Of a stretch of 33,001 bases of DNA, positions 7,259 through 18,118 are shown piece after piece; the first letter of the stretch is position 1, and every line of letters starts with the position of its first letter. The position numbers and the translations under genes are program-made. The stretch is from positions 1 through 33,001 of the forward strand of contig CAVPNL010000021.1 of assembly GCA_963706575.1 (NCBI GenBank), read 5' to 3'. Under the pieces are notes generated by a model. That model ran no database searches and was not told where the DNA came from. It saw nothing but the letters and a program-made list of their open reading frames with translations. Origin of the DNA: an uncultured delta proteobacterium. GTDB lineage: Bacteria; Desulfobacterota; Desulfobacteria; Desulfobacterales; JAHEIW01.

Positions 7259-8518
7259 CTATTCCGTTATTATTTTTTCTTTAATTGCTTCAACAAGGCC
7301 ATCGAAGGGAACGGAAACCTGGTCCTTGGTCCCCATATTTCGCAGAATGGCCTCACCTTTTTCAAGTTCGTCGTCACCGACAATCAGAACATGACCGGCC
7401 TCAAGCCGGTCGGCTCGCTTCATCTGGCTCTTTAAACTTTTACCGGCAAAATCCATTTCAGCCAGAATGCCTTCATCGCCGAATGTGCAAATCCATTCAA
7501 ATGCCAGTAAACGGCTTTTGTCGCCCAATGCCGCTACAAAGATATCCGGCTTCCGGTAAAATTGGCTGGAATTAAAACCGGTCAATTCAGTGAGTCTGTC
7601 AAAACCAATCGCAAAGCCGGTTGCCGGGATGTCCGGCCCTCCCAGCTCTCCGACCAGCCCATCGTATCGGCCGCCGCCGGCAACCGCGTTCTGGGCTCCC
7701 AGGGACTCGGTTTGAATCTCAAAGGTTGTGCGTGCATAATAATCCAGCCCGCGAACTAAATTTTTATCGATGACAAAAGGCACGCCCAGTTTTTGCAGCA
7801 TCGATTTGACTTCAGCAAAATCCGCTTTGCATTCAGAACAGAGGTCATCCAGAATTGACGGCGCTTCAGCCATCGCATCGCGGCAGGCAGGCACCTTGCA
7901 ATCCAGCACTCGCAGCGGATTGCGATCCTTGCGTCGCCTGCAATCGGCGCACAGCTTATCACTGACGGCTGCTAAAAATTCAGCTAAGGCAGCCTTAAAT
8001 TTCGGCCGGCATTTCGGGCAGCCTAAAGAGTTGATATGCGCCTTAATATCAGGCACTTGCAGCCGCGAAAACAGGGTCACCAGCAAAAAAATAAGCTGGA
8101 CGTCGGCCAGCCCGGACGGCACACCAAAGATCTCGGCATTAATCTGATAAAACTGCCGGTATCTTCCCTTCTGGGGGCGCTCCCGGCGAAACATGGGACC
8201 GATGGTGTAAAATTTTTGGACCGGATCCGTGGCATACAATCGATGCTGAATATAGGCCCGCACAATCGAAGCCGTGGCTTCAGGACGCAGGGTAATCAGG
8301 TCCCCTTTGCGATCCGGAAAGGTGTACATCTCCTTTTCGACAATGTCCGTATCTTCACCGATGCTGCGGGCAAAGAGTTCGGTACGCTCCATAACGGGGA
8401 TGCGGATCTCTTTGAAGCCGAAATCCTCCAGAAGCTCGCGGGCAACTTTTTCGACTGCCTGCCAGAGCTCGACTTCGCCGGGAAGAATATCTTTAAATCC
8501 TCTGATTAACTGGATCAT
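7259..8518 (-). CDS. hisS: Histidine--tRNA ligase
   Basis: RGFKD, KEMYTF, LRPEATA, FRRERPQKGRYRQF, VRGLDYY, GGGRYDGL. Confidence 0.97.
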   Translation of the reverse strand: MIQLIRGFKDILPGEVELWQAVEKVARELLEDFGFKEIRIPVMERTELFARSIGEDTDIVEKEMYTFPDRKGDLITLRPEATASIVRAYIQHRLYATDPVQKFYTIGPMFRRERPQKGRYRQFYQINAEIFGVPSGLADVQLIFLLVTLFSRLQVPDIKAHINSLGCPKCRPKFKAALAEFLAAVSDKLCADCRRRKDRNPLRVLDCKVPACRDAMAEAPSILDDLCSECKADFAEVKSMLQKLGVPFVIDKNLVRGLDYYARTTFEIQTESLGAQNAVAGGGRYDGLVGELGGPDIPATGFAIGFDRLTELTGFNSSQFYRKPDIFVAALGDKSRLLAFEWICTFGDEGILAEMDFAGKSLKSQMKRADRLEAGHVLIVGDDELEKGEAILRNMGTKDQVSVPFDGLVEAIKEKIITE

Positions 8519-8740
8519 CGAATTTTATGTCCTTATATAAATCTCTTATCTAAAACTGGTTTCGAGTAAACTTGATTTTTTATCTCAGTATTCATATTTT
8601 AGTCAACCTTAATATTGCTATTTGTTACTTGACACCTCACAGGTTATTGCTTAATTGGATAGCTTTTGGTTATAAAGAAAGATTCGATCATCGTAATTGG
8701 CTGAACATTAATGTGAAGGTTTTGGCTCAAAGGAGTTGGT

Positions 8741-9745
8741 TTGCAAACGACCGGGAAGCATAATGCTTTAACAGATGTGGATGGTATTCTGGTGGGTCAT
8801 TACACCGATACATCCGCCGCCAGCGGTGTCACCGTGGTTATCTGCCCGCAAGGTGCGGTTGTCGGCGTTGACGTGCGCGGGTCAGCTCCCTGCACTCGCG
8901 AAACTGACTTGCTGGCACCGGCAAACCTGGTGGAAAATGCCCAGGCGGTGGTTCTTTCCGGCGGCTCGGTATTCGGCCTGGCTGCCGCAGACGGTGTCGT
9001 GCGCTGGCTGGCAGAAAAGGGCTTCGGCTTTCCGCTGGACAAGGGATTTGTGGCTCCGATCGTACCGGCTGCCGCTTTATATGATCTGGATCGCGGAGCT
9101 GAATTTGTCCCGCCCATCAGCGCAGAATGGGGCCAAAAAGCCTGCCGGGCAGCCGACAGCGGTTCGGTGGTCTCCGGTTGCGTGGGTGCCGGAACCGGCG
9201 CATGGGCCGGCAGCATTAAAGGGGGGCTGGGAACCGCCAGCCAAATTCTGGATTCAGGCATCACCACCGCCGCTGTGGTGGCGGTCAATCCGGACGGCGA
9301 GGTAATTAATCCCACCACGGGACGCCCCTGGGAAATCAGCCTGGAGATCGAAAGCGAGTTCGGCCGGCAGGGAAAACGCGCCGTTATACTCCCGCCGCGG
9401 CCCGAAAGTGCACCGGCCACAAACACGACCATCGGAGTGGTCGCAACCGACGCCACCCTGACCAAGGCGCAGGCTCACAAAGTCGCCCAGATGACGCATG
9501 ACGGCATGGCGCGCGCCATTCGACCGGCCCATACCCTGTTCGAAGGTGACACGATCTTCTGCATGGCCACCGGCAAGCGAAAATTACCGGAGGTTCCCGG
9601 ATATTACGGCCCGGTTCACGCCCGAGCGGTCAGCGACATCGGTCATGCCGCCGCAGAATGCATGTCAAGAGCGATTATAAATGCAATCCTGACTGCCAAA
9701 AGCATGGCCGGTATGACGGCGTTCTGTGACCTTGAAGATCGATAA
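8741..9745 (+). CDS. P1/S58 (DmpA-like) peptidase
   Basis: LTDVDGILVGH, VDVRGSAP, LSGGSVFGL, NTTIGVVATDA autoproteolysis motif, PAHTLFEGD; TTG start with AGGAG RBS. Confidence 0.9.
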   Translation: MQTTGKHNALTDVDGILVGHYTDTSAASGVTVVICPQGAVVGVDVRGSAPCTRETDLLAPANLVENAQAVVLSGGSVFGLAAADGVVRWLAEKGFGFPLDKGFVAPIVPAAALYDLDRGAEFVPPISAEWGQKACRAADSGSVVSGCVGAGTGAWAGSIKGGLGTASQILDSGITTAAVVAVNPDGEVINPTTGRPWEISLEIESEFGRQGKRAVILPPRPESAPATNTTIGVVATDATLTKAQAHKVAQMTHDGMARAIRPAHTLFEGDTIFCMATGKRKLPEVPGYYGPVHARAVSDIGHAAAECMSRAIINAILTAKSMAGMTAFCDLEDR

Positions 9746-9826
9746 AACGATATGCAATTAGCCAATATTCAACCGAATCGGCAAATATTCTAACATTTTC
9801 ACATAAACCAACCAGAAGGAGGAATC

Positions 9827-11323
9827 ATGAGGAAATTGTTTTTTATCTTTTTTATATTGGCTTTTATACTCCCGTTGAACCAAGCTTTTGCTGCGACCCC
9901 GACAAAAGGCGGGAGCATGGTTCTGTGCGTGGGGGATGAGCCACCGGGACTTGATCCTACAGCGAGTGCCTCCGCCGCTATCGATCGGGTCGTTTACGCC
10001 AACATTATGGAGGGGCTGATCAAGGTTGACCGCAATGGCAAATTTGTGCCCGGCCTGGCCACCAATTGGGAAGTTTCACCCGACGGTAAAGTTTACACCT
10101 TCCAGCTGCGCCAGGGTGTCACCTTTCACAACGGCGAACCTTTCAACGCCCGGGTAGCCAAGTGGAACCTTGAACGCGGCGCGGCGGAAGGCACCAAAAA
10201 TGCTCACCCTGAATTTTTCCGCATCATCGAAAAAATAGAGACACCCGCTGACCAAACACTGAATGTGACCCTCAAAGATGTGGACGCCCTGTTTATCGTA
10301 CACATGGCTGAGGGCGACGCAGTTATGCTGCCGATGAAAGGCTATGAAAATATGGCGGCCGCACCGATCGGAACCGGACCGTTCAAATTCGCCAAGTGGA
10401 CCCGGGGCGACAGCGTGGAGATGGTCAGAAACGAGAAATACTGGAACCCCACCCTACCCTATCTGGACAAGGTGACCTATCGGTTTATTAAAGACCCCAG
10501 TGCCCAGATTGCGGCTTTAAAAGCCGGGGACGTCGATATCATCGGTTGGCTCTTCGCTCCTGAGTTGGCAGCGGACATTGCCAAAGACAAGCGCTTTAAG
10601 GTCCTCGCGGGTGCTTCCACCTCCGAAGTCATCATGTCCACCAACAACAAGGTCAAGCCCTTTGACAACAAGCTTGTGCGCCAGGCTATCGCCTATGCCA
10701 TCGACCGCCAGACCGTCATCGACCTGGTCATGGCCGGTTACGGCACCGTGATCGGATCTCACTGGCCGCCCGTCACCCCTTACTACAAAGATATGACCGG
10801 CCGGTTCCCCTACAACCCGCAAAAAGCTAAAAAGCTGCTCGCCGATGCCGGCTACCCCAACGGTTTTACGGCGACCATTAAACTGCCGGCCATTTATCCC
10901 TATTCCCAGCGCGCCGGTGAAGTGATCGCCGACATGCTGGGCCAGGTCGGAATAAAGCTCAAAATCGAGATTGTCGAATGGGGCTTCTGGTTGGACCGCA
11001 TTTTCAAGCAGAAAGACTTTGAACTGACCATGATCGGCCATGCAGAGGCCTGGGATATCGGGATATACGCCAATCCGAAATACTACTTCCAGTACGACTC
11101 TCCGGAGTTCCGGGATGCCTATGCCAAAGCACTGAAGGCTCCCAACGAAACCGAAAAAGCCAGGTGGTTCGGGCGCTGCCAGGAAATCGTTGCCGAGGAT
11201 GCCGTCAACGGCTTTCTATTCCTCTCACCCGCGCTTTCGGCAATGAAGGTCGAACTGATGGACTGGTGGAAAAATTATCCCACCATTGCGCTCGATTGCA
11301 CCGAAGTGTGGTGGAAAAAGTAA
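9827..11323 (+). CDS. Peptide/nickel ABC transporter substrate-binding protein (family 5)
   Basis: Signal peptide; LDP, PGLATNW, TFQLRQGVTFHNG, PIGTGPFKF, VRQAIAYAIDR. Confidence 0.93.
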   Translation: MRKLFFIFFILAFILPLNQAFAATPTKGGSMVLCVGDEPPGLDPTASASAAIDRVVYANIMEGLIKVDRNGKFVPGLATNWEVSPDGKVYTFQLRQGVTFHNGEPFNARVAKWNLERGAAEGTKNAHPEFFRIIEKIETPADQTLNVTLKDVDALFIVHMAEGDAVMLPMKGYENMAAAPIGTGPFKFAKWTRGDSVEMVRNEKYWNPTLPYLDKVTYRFIKDPSAQIAALKAGDVDIIGWLFAPELAADIAKDKRFKVLAGASTSEVIMSTNNKVKPFDNKLVRQAIAYAIDRQTVIDLVMAGYGTVIGSHWPPVTPYYKDMTGRFPYNPQKAKKLLADAGYPNGFTATIKLPAIYPYSQRAGEVIADMLGQVGIKLKIEIVEWGFWLDRIFKQKDFELTMIGHAEAWDIGIYANPKYYFQYDSPEFRDAYAKALKAPNETEKARWFGRCQEIVAEDAVNGFLFLSPALSAMKVELMDWWKNYPTIALDCTEVWWKK

Positions 11324-11340
11324 ATCATATCCAATGATAT

Positions 11341-11479
11341 TGGAGTAATGGAGTGTTGGTGTAAAATTAATTGCGGATTTTAGATTGCGGATTGCGGATT
11401 GAAATATCCAACAGATCGCACATTCAAAATCCGAAATCCGCAATCTGCATTCCGAAATCTTGAATACTCCAACTCTCCA
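11341..11479. repeat. Nested tandem-unit palindrome (outer TGGAGTAA 8-mers, inner ATTGCGG 7-mers)
   Basis: ATTGCGG-type units at 11370-11400 mirrored by AATCCG(C/A) units at 11428-11458; outer arms TGGAGT / ACTCCA. Confidence 0.8.
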
Positions 11480-11495
11480 GGCATTTTGGTGAATC

Positions 11496-12440
11496 ATGAC
11501 CCGCTATCTGATCAAAAAGCTGATAACTCTATTGATCCTGCTTTTGCTTGTCTCCATCACGGTATTCGCGGTTCTTTTCGTTCTTCCCGGCGACCCGGCC
11601 CAGATTATACTCGGGATCAACGCGACCCCGGAGTCGCTGGCGAATCTGCGCGCCGATCTGGGTTTAGACCAATCTTTTATGGGGCAATACACGCACTGGA
11701 TCGGAAACCTCTTACTCGGCCGGAGCCATCAGTCCATCCATTACAAGATGCCGGTTTATGAGTTGATTCGGGACAGCCTGGCGGTGACCGGCCCGCTGGC
11801 CCTTTTTGCTATGGCGTTTGCCCTGGCTATTTCGCTGCCTTTCGGCATCTACGCCGCCCGGCATCAGAACCAGCCCGGCGATGTCGTGGTCATGTTTGGA
11901 ACCCAGCTGGGGCTGGCCACGCCTGAATTCTGGCTCGGGATCCTGCTTACCCTGTTGTTTTCGGTTCAGCTGGGCTGGTTTTCCGCAGGCGGCTTCCCGG
12001 GCTGGGGCGTTGATTTCTGGGGATCGCTCAAAGCACTGTTATTACCGTCCTTCGCCCTGGGCATCATCCGCGCTTCCATCCTGACACGATTGACCCGCTC
12101 CTCCATGCTGGAAGTTCTGCGAGAGGATTACGTGCGCACGGCGCGGGCCAAAGGTCTCAAAGAACGGACGGTGGTTTATGGGCATGCGTTGCGCAACGCA
12201 CTCGTTCCGATTCTGACGATCATGGGGCTCCAATTGGGACAGCTTCTGGCGGGGGCAATTATCATTGAAAACGTCTATTTTCTGCCCGGTCTGGGACGGC
12301 TCGTGTTCAATGCCATCGGCATGCGCGATTTACCGGTCGTCAGAGATATCGTGTTGTTTATGGCGGCGGCTGTCGTGGTGGTCAATTTTATTGTCGATAT
12401 GGCCTACGCCTTTATTGATCCAAGAATACGGTTAGAGTAA
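11496..12440 (+). CDS. ABC transporter permease (DppB/OppB-like)
   Basis: PGDPA, LGLDQ, RSSMLEVLREDYVRTARAKGL, HALRNAL, DPRIR. Confidence 0.93.
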   Translation: MTRYLIKKLITLLILLLLVSITVFAVLFVLPGDPAQIILGINATPESLANLRADLGLDQSFMGQYTHWIGNLLLGRSHQSIHYKMPVYELIRDSLAVTGPLALFAMAFALAISLPFGIYAARHQNQPGDVVVMFGTQLGLATPEFWLGILLTLLFSVQLGWFSAGGFPGWGVDFWGSLKALLLPSFALGIIRASILTRLTRSSMLEVLREDYVRTARAKGLKERTVVYGHALRNALVPILTIMGLQLGQLLAGAIIIENVYFLPGLGRLVFNAIGMRDLPVVRDIVLFMAAAVVVVNFIVDMAYAFIDPRIRLE

Positions 12441-12502
12441 AAACAAATAGGGGATAGATATTAGACGCCATCTCAAAAATAGGATTTTGGAATAACGTTT
12501 CG

Positions 12503-13327
12503 ATGACACATTTTTTTAGAAATAAAAACTTTACCGTTGGATTTATTCTGTCGTCGATCGTGGTCATCGCGGCTGTCGCCAGTCTGATCTGGACTCCCTA
12601 TGATGCCAACAGGATGAATGCCAAGGTTCGTCTGCAGGGTCCGTCCTGGCAGCACCCGCTGGGCACGGACCAGTACGGCAGAGACACGCTCTCGCGGGTG
12701 ATGGTGGGCGCCGTGAATTCGATCATCGTCGGGCTCATGACGGTGGCGATCGGTTTGAGTGTCGGGGTGCTATTGGGGCTGGCATCTGCGTATTACAGCA
12801 GATGGGTAGACGAGATAATTATGCGCTTTTCAGATTTTTTATTCGGATTTCCGGCCGTTTTGACCGCTATTTTGATAACCTCGATTCTGGGGCCCTCCAT
12901 GATCAACGCCATGCTGGCGATCGGCATTTTCTATATTCCGGTGTTCGCCCGGTTGACGCGGGCGGTGGCCATGATCGTGTGGGAAAGGGAGTTTATCGTG
13001 GCGGCCCGAGCGGCCGGCATCAGCGAGTGGTCCATTGCCGGGCGCCATGTGCTGCCCAATATTCTTTCACCGTTGCTGATCCAGGGCACGATTCAGTTCG
13101 CCGTGGCGATCCTGGCCGAGGCCGGGCTCAGCTACCTGGGGCTGGGAACACAGCCGCCACATGCCTCCTGGGGCCGAATGTTGAACGAGGCGCAAACCTA
13201 TATGTCACTATCTCCCTGGATCGCGATTTTTCCCGGATTGGCCATCGCCTGGGCCGTGCTGGGCTTTAACCTGCTGGGCGACGGACTCAGAGATACGCTG
13301 GATCCTAAGATGGTCCGAATAAGGTAA
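12503..13327 (+). CDS. ABC transporter permease (DppC/OppC-like)
   Basis: HPLGTDQYGRD, EFIVAARAAG, RHVLPN, LSYLGLG, NLLGDGLRDTLDP. Confidence 0.93.
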   Translation: MTHFFRNKNFTVGFILSSIVVIAAVASLIWTPYDANRMNAKVRLQGPSWQHPLGTDQYGRDTLSRVMVGAVNSIIVGLMTVAIGLSVGVLLGLASAYYSRWVDEIIMRFSDFLFGFPAVLTAILITSILGPSMINAMLAIGIFYIPVFARLTRAVAMIVWEREFIVAARAAGISEWSIAGRHVLPNILSPLLIQGTIQFAVAILAEAGLSYLGLGTQPPHASWGRMLNEAQTYMSLSPWIAIFPGLAIAWAVLGFNLLGDGLRDTLDPKMVRIR

Positions 13328-13368
13328 ACGAATTTGAATCGCAGAAAAAGAAATTTAGACATACTAAA

Positions 13369-14652
13369 ATGATCCCCCATAAAATCATCAATAGCGTATT
13401 AAAAGAAATCGATCCCGACGAATTGATTGCGCTAACGGCCGATCTGGTGCGGATCAATTCAGTGTGGGATCCGGTGGCCGGGACCAGCGAACAGGCGGTG
13501 GCGGAGAAAGTCGCGGGCTGGGCCCAATCGCAGGGTTTCGCGGTGCAAATCGATCAGGTCACCCCCGCCAGACCGAATATCATCATCAGCGGGCCGGTCG
13601 GATCGCAAAACCGCACGCTCATGTTTGAAGGCCATACCGATGTTGTCACGCCGGGGGATGTTTCGGCCTGGCAATATGACCCCTTTGGCGCTAAAATTGT
13701 CGGCCGCCGGATGTATGGCCGCGGGACCAATGACACCAAAGGCAACCTGGCTGCCATGCTGATCGCGATGAAAGCCCTAAAAACAGCAGCAATTAAACTT
13801 TCCGGCTCGGTGATCGGCGGTGTGTTGTGCGACGAGGAAGACCAGATGCTCGGGGTTCGCGATTTTATCAAAAAAGGCCATGCCGATCAGGTAACAGCGG
13901 CGGTAATCTGCGAGCCGCAAGACGGCATGATCTGTACCTCTCAGAAAGGTGCTGTTCGCGCCAGCTATCTGATCACCGGCCGCATGAGTCACGGCGCCAT
14001 GCCGCTTTCCGGTATGAACTGCGCGCCGGCTATTGCACGGCTCATTGACGGCCTGCACCAGTTGGAAAAGGAGGCAACAACCGCTGTCGGAAGCGATCAA
14101 TTTTTAGGCTGGCCCAGCTTCACACCCACCGTGATCCAGGCGCCGGCGGCCGGTGCGCCCCAGCTCAATGTGATGCCCAGAGAGGCCAGGGTGCTCGTGG
14201 ACATCCGCACAACCCCCCAACAGTCACACCAAAAGATCATCAAGGATCTAAAGGCCCTGGCACAAAACGTCGCTCAAAGGGTTCGGGAAAATTACAGACA
14301 ATACGACCGTCTGCTTGATTTGCAGCGCAGCCATGATCTGGCGGTTCAGGTTGACATATTAACCGACAGGCCCTGTACCCTGACAGACCCGGCTGAGCCC
14401 ATCGTTAAAGCGGCCGATTGGGCAACCCGATCGATCACGGCCAAGACGCCGGTTTACGCTGGTGTGCCCGGCGCAACGGATGGGACCTTTCTGTGGGCCG
14501 ATAAGAACATACCCATTGTCACCATGGGCGCGGGCGACCGTCAGGTTCCCCATCAAATCGACGAGTGGGTCGATCTGGATCAGTTGATTGAAACAGCCAA
14601 AGTTTATGCCTTGACGGCCCTTCATTATTTGTACCAGCCGTCTGACGGATAA
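13369..14652 (+). CDS. M20 family metallo-hydrolase (ArgE/DapE-like)
   Basis: GHTDVV, YGRGTNDTKG, DEE, ICEP, GATDG and H in PHQIDE metal ligands. Confidence 0.9.
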   Translation: MIPHKIINSVLKEIDPDELIALTADLVRINSVWDPVAGTSEQAVAEKVAGWAQSQGFAVQIDQVTPARPNIIISGPVGSQNRTLMFEGHTDVVTPGDVSAWQYDPFGAKIVGRRMYGRGTNDTKGNLAAMLIAMKALKTAAIKLSGSVIGGVLCDEEDQMLGVRDFIKKGHADQVTAAVICEPQDGMICTSQKGAVRASYLITGRMSHGAMPLSGMNCAPAIARLIDGLHQLEKEATTAVGSDQFLGWPSFTPTVIQAPAAGAPQLNVMPREARVLVDIRTTPQQSHQKIIKDLKALAQNVAQRVRENYRQYDRLLDLQRSHDLAVQVDILTDRPCTLTDPAEPIVKAADWATRSITAKTPVYAGVPGATDGTFLWADKNIPIVTMGAGDRQVPHQIDEWVDLDQLIETAKVYALTALHYLYQPSDG

Positions 14653-14655
14653 ACT

Positions 14656-14805
14656 GTTTCAGGTGTCAGTATTTAGAGAGAACATTGGAAAATATCCGAG
14701 GACGAGTACGAGGACGACGACGAGGACGAGTAAAAGAGGAGAATAAAACATCGTCCTCGTACTCGCACTCGTCCTCGTACTCGAGAACAGACTGAACACT
14801 GAAAC
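14656..14805. repeat. Nested tandem-unit palindrome (GACGAG hexamers inside TTCAG/CTGAA arms)
   Basis: (G/T)ACGAG array at 14697-14730 mirrored by CTCGT(C/A) array at 14751-14783. Confidence 0.8.
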
Positions 14806-14841
14806 CAAAAATGGGGAATTCACCCAAATAGTTGATAAGAA

Positions 14842-15849
14842 ATGAATGATAAACTACTGGACATTGAAGAGCTCAGGGTGAACTTCCAGCTTCCCGAAGG
14901 GAATGCCCGGGCGGTGGATGGAATCAGCTTTGATCTGGCGGCCGGTGAAACATTAGGACTGGTGGGGGAATCCGGTTGCGGCAAAAGCGTTACCGCTTTA
15001 AGTATTTTAGGACTGGTGCCGTCTCCGCCGGGCCGAGTGGAAGCCGGCCGTATCCGGTTCGAAGGTCAGAATTTACTGCGCCTGGACTCCGAACGGTTGC
15101 GCCAAATTCGAGGCCGGGACATCGCAATGATCTTTCAGGAACCCATGACGTCTCTAAATCCGGTGCTGACCATTGGTCGACAGGTGGCCGAACCGCTGAT
15201 GATCCACAAAGCACTTTCAAGATCTGAGGCAATGGCGGAGGCGGCCGCATGGCTGGATCGTGTTAAAATCCCGGCTGCCCGCAAACGACTCGGCGATTAC
15301 CCCCATCAGCTTTCGGGCGGTATGCGGCAACGGGTGATGATTGCCATGGCCATGGTGTGCCGGCCGAAATTTCTGATCGCCGATGAGCCCACCACCGCGC
15401 TGGATGTGACCATCCAGGCCCAAATCCTGTCCCTCATGCTGGAGCTCAAGTCGGAGTTGAACATGTCTCTATTGCTGATTACGCACGATCTGGGGGTTGT
15501 GGCTCAGATGGCTTCGCGGGTAGTGGTGATGTATGCCGGCCAGATCGTCGAAGCGGCGTGTATGACGGATATCTTTGATCGATCGTTTCATCCCTATACC
15601 CGCGGTCTTCTCAAATCCATGCCTCGATTGGGTGATCGACGTGGCAGGCAATCGCACCGGCTCCAGGAAATTCCCGGAACCGTTCCATCATTGACCGAAA
15701 CCGCCATCGGATGCAAATTTGCCGACCGCTGCCCTCACATGTTTGATGTCTGCCGCAACCAGCAACCCGCGCTTCTTAAAATTGGTGACGGTCATCATGC
15801 GCGCTGTTGGCTCAAACACTATCCGGATCGGAGGAAAGAACTTGACTGA
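14842..15849 (+). CDS. Peptide ABC transporter ATP-binding protein (DppD/OppD-like)
   Basis: [27 protein letters not shown]-terminal Cys motif. Confidence 0.95.
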   Translation: MNDKLLDIEELRVNFQLPEGNARAVDGISFDLAAGETLGLVGESGCGKSVTALSILGLVPSPPGRVEAGRIRFEGQNLLRLDSERLRQIRGRDIAMIFQEPMTSLNPVLTIGRQVAEPLMIHKALSRSEAMAEAAAWLDRVKIPAARKRLGDYPHQLSGGMRQRVMIAMAMVCRPKFLIADEPTTALDVTIQAQILSLMLELKSELNMSLLLITHDLGVVAQMASRVVVMYAGQIVEAACMTDIFDRSFHPYTRGLLKSMPRLGDRRGRQSHRLQEIPGTVPSLTETAIGCKFADRCPHMFDVCRNQQPALLKIGDGHHARCWLKHYPDRRKELD

Positions 15850-16825
15850 AGTCCCTCTGTTAAAGGTTAACAATCTGGTCAAAGCATTTCCGCTGGGCGG
15901 AGGATTGTTTTCAAAATCCGAAGCCCGGGTCCGGGCCGTTGACGGCGTTTCCTTCACGCTAGCACGCGGTGAAACCTTTGGCCTGGTGGGGGAATCCGGT
16001 TGCGGTAAAACAACACTGGGGCGCTTGATTCTGCGATTAATCGAACCCACCAGCGGGGAAGTCGAATTTGAAGGACAAAATCTACTGGCTTTAGGCAGTA
16101 AAGAGATGCGCTTACTGCGCCGCCGCATGCAAATCATTTTTCAGGACCCATATGCCAGCCTGGATCCACGCATGAAAGTGGATGCCATTGTTACCGAACC
16201 CCTGCAAGCAGGCCAAAATTTTACCAAAGCCGAACGACAAAAAATTGCCGCCTCGCTTCTCGAAAAAGTCGGATTGCGGGCAGCCGATTTGGACAAATAT
16301 CCGCATGAATTTTCAGGGGGACAACGTCAGAGAGTCAGCATTGCCCGGGCGCTGTGTGTGCGGCCGGATTTAATCGTCGCCGACGAGCCGGTCAGCGCAC
16401 TGGACGTTTCCATTCAGGCCCAGGTCATCAATTTAATGGCCGATCTTAAAAAAGAGTTCCACCTGGCCTATGTATTTATTTCTCATGATTTGAGTGTGGT
16501 CGAACACATCAGTGACCGCATCGCTGTCATGTATCTCGGGGCCATCGTGGAATTGGCGCCGGCCGAAAGCTTCAGTATCTCACCGCGTCATCCTTATACG
16601 GCGGCGCTATTGCGGGCCGTACCCCTGCCGGATCCACACCATAAAACCGAACCGTTTCCCATGCAAGGCGATGTCCCCAGCCCGATCGACCCGCCAGCGG
16701 GTTGCGCCTTTCATCCCCGCTGTCCGCATGCGTTTGAGCGCTGCCGGACCGAAAGGCCGTCACTGGTAGCGGCGGCACCGCAACATTTGGTGGCCTGCTG
16801 GCTAAATGATGGCATAGGCCTATAG
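15842..16825 (+). CDS. Peptide ABC transporter ATP-binding protein (DppF/OppF-like)
   Basis: [34 protein letters not shown]; start moved to TTG 15842 behind GGAGG. Confidence 0.93.
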   Translation: MTEVPLLKVNNLVKAFPLGGGLFSKSEARVRAVDGVSFTLARGETFGLVGESGCGKTTLGRLILRLIEPTSGEVEFEGQNLLALGSKEMRLLRRRMQIIFQDPYASLDPRMKVDAIVTEPLQAGQNFTKAERQKIAASLLEKVGLRAADLDKYPHEFSGGQRQRVSIARALCVRPDLIVADEPVSALDVSIQAQVINLMADLKKEFHLAYVFISHDLSVVEHISDRIAVMYLGAIVELAPAESFSISPRHPYTAALLRAVPLPDPHHKTEPFPMQGDVPSPIDPPAGCAFHPRCPHAFERCRTERPSLVAAAPQHLVACWLNDGIGL

Positions 16826-16857
16826 ATCTTTAATATGGATTTTGTGATAAAAATGTT

Positions 16858-16939
16858 AATCACGAAAACACGAAATCTGAAAAAGCACGAAATTTTCTTT
16901 TTACCTTTCGCGTTTTCGTCTTTTCGTGTTTTCGTGGTT
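16858..16939. repeat. Tandem-unit palindrome (CACGAAA / TTTCGTG)
   Basis: Three CACGAAA units followed by four TTTCG(T/C) units. Confidence 0.8.
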
Positions 16940-16986
16940 GTTTTTTTCCTGTTTGCTATCGGCCTGTCCGGTTAAGGAGGAAAGAC

Positions 16987-17910
16987 ATGAAAATTGCTGT
17001 GATTGGCGCCGGTGCGATGGGCAGCCTGTTCGGTGCACTTCTGGCCGAAGGCGGCCATGAGGTGTGGCTATGTGATATCCGGCAGGACCACATTAAGGCG
17101 CTGAAGCAAAGCGGGCTCAAGATTGAATGGGAGGGGAAAACCCGCATCGTCAGACTGAATGCCACCAGCGACCTACGGCAAATCGGGGCATCCGAGCTGG
17201 TCTTGATTTTTGTAAAATCAACTCAAACCAAATCAGCGGCTGAATCAGCCGCCCTTCTGGCGGACCGAAACGGGTGGGTGCTGACACTTCAAAACGGTAT
17301 GGGCAACGCCGAAACCATCGCGGAGCACATTTCCCCCAACCGTATCCTGGCCGGCACAACGGCCCATGGCGCCACCATGCTCGATGCCGGATCGATCCGA
17401 CACGCCGGCGCCGGGCCCACGACCGTCGGGATGTGGGTCGGTGGTGGAAAAGAATTTCAAATCGCGCGACAAATCGCTGATGTATTTACACAGGCTGCAA
17501 TCGAATCCGCTGCGGTTGAAGCCGTCCGTCCCGTAATCTGGGATAAACTGCTCGTCAATGTCGGAATTAATGCCATCACGGCTTTGACCGGCATAAAAAA
17601 CGGTCAGATCCTGGACCTTGAATCGACCCGGGAACTTAGCCGCGCCGCAGTTGAGGAAGCGGCTTCAGTTGCCAAAGCCCAGGGGATAGAGATTCGCAAA
17701 GATCCGGCCGACCATGTTTTTCAGGTGGCTGCTGCAACTGCGGCCAACCGATCTTCCATGGGCCAGGATGTGGATCATCGTCGGCCGACCGAAATTAAGG
17801 CCATAAATGGTTTTGTGGTGCGTGAAGCCGAAGGCATGGGGATCGCCGCTCCGGTCAATCAGGCGCTGACGGCTCTGGTGGAGACGATGGAGGCGCACTA
17901 CAGTCAGTAA
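16987..17910 (+). CDS. panE: 2-dehydropantoate 2-reductase
   Basis: GAGAMG, LIFVKS, LQNGMG, WDKLLVN, SSMGQD, TEIKAING. Confidence 0.92.
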   Translation: MKIAVIGAGAMGSLFGALLAEGGHEVWLCDIRQDHIKALKQSGLKIEWEGKTRIVRLNATSDLRQIGASELVLIFVKSTQTKSAAESAALLADRNGWVLTLQNGMGNAETIAEHISPNRILAGTTAHGATMLDAGSIRHAGAGPTTVGMWVGGGKEFQIARQIADVFTQAAIESAAVEAVRPVIWDKLLVNVGINAITALTGIKNGQILDLESTRELSRAAVEEAASVAKAQGIEIRKDPADHVFQVAAATAANRSSMGQDVDHRRPTEIKAINGFVVREAEGMGIAAPVNQALTALVETMEAHYSQ

Positions 17911-17938
17911 TTTTTCAGGTATCAGATGTCAGTCATTT

Positions 17939-18068
17939 GGTTCAAAGGTTCAGTGCACAAGGATTAGTTAAATTAGTTTTATTAGTTTCATTGGTTGAAT
18001 TAGTTTGTTTAAACCGAACCAATTAAACGAATAAAACCAATATAACGTTTGCGTTACACTTGAACCTT
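17939..18068. repeat. 9-mer (ATTGGTTTA-like) tandem palindrome upstream of panB
   Basis: ATT(A/G)GTT units mirrored by AACCAAT units; outer GGTTCAA / TTGAACC. Confidence 0.75.
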
Positions 18069-18118
18069 CTCAGGCGGAACACATGCAACCAATAATTAAT
18101 GGAAAGGAAACTTGAAGA

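Noticed and set aside
8629..8657. Sigma70 promoter (TTGACA) for the S58 peptidase operon
   Set aside because: Perfect -35 but no convincing -10 at 16-18 bp spacing
15719..15841. Long N-terminus for the second ABC ATPase
   Set aside because: Overlaps the previous gene; TTG 15842 has a GGAGG RBS
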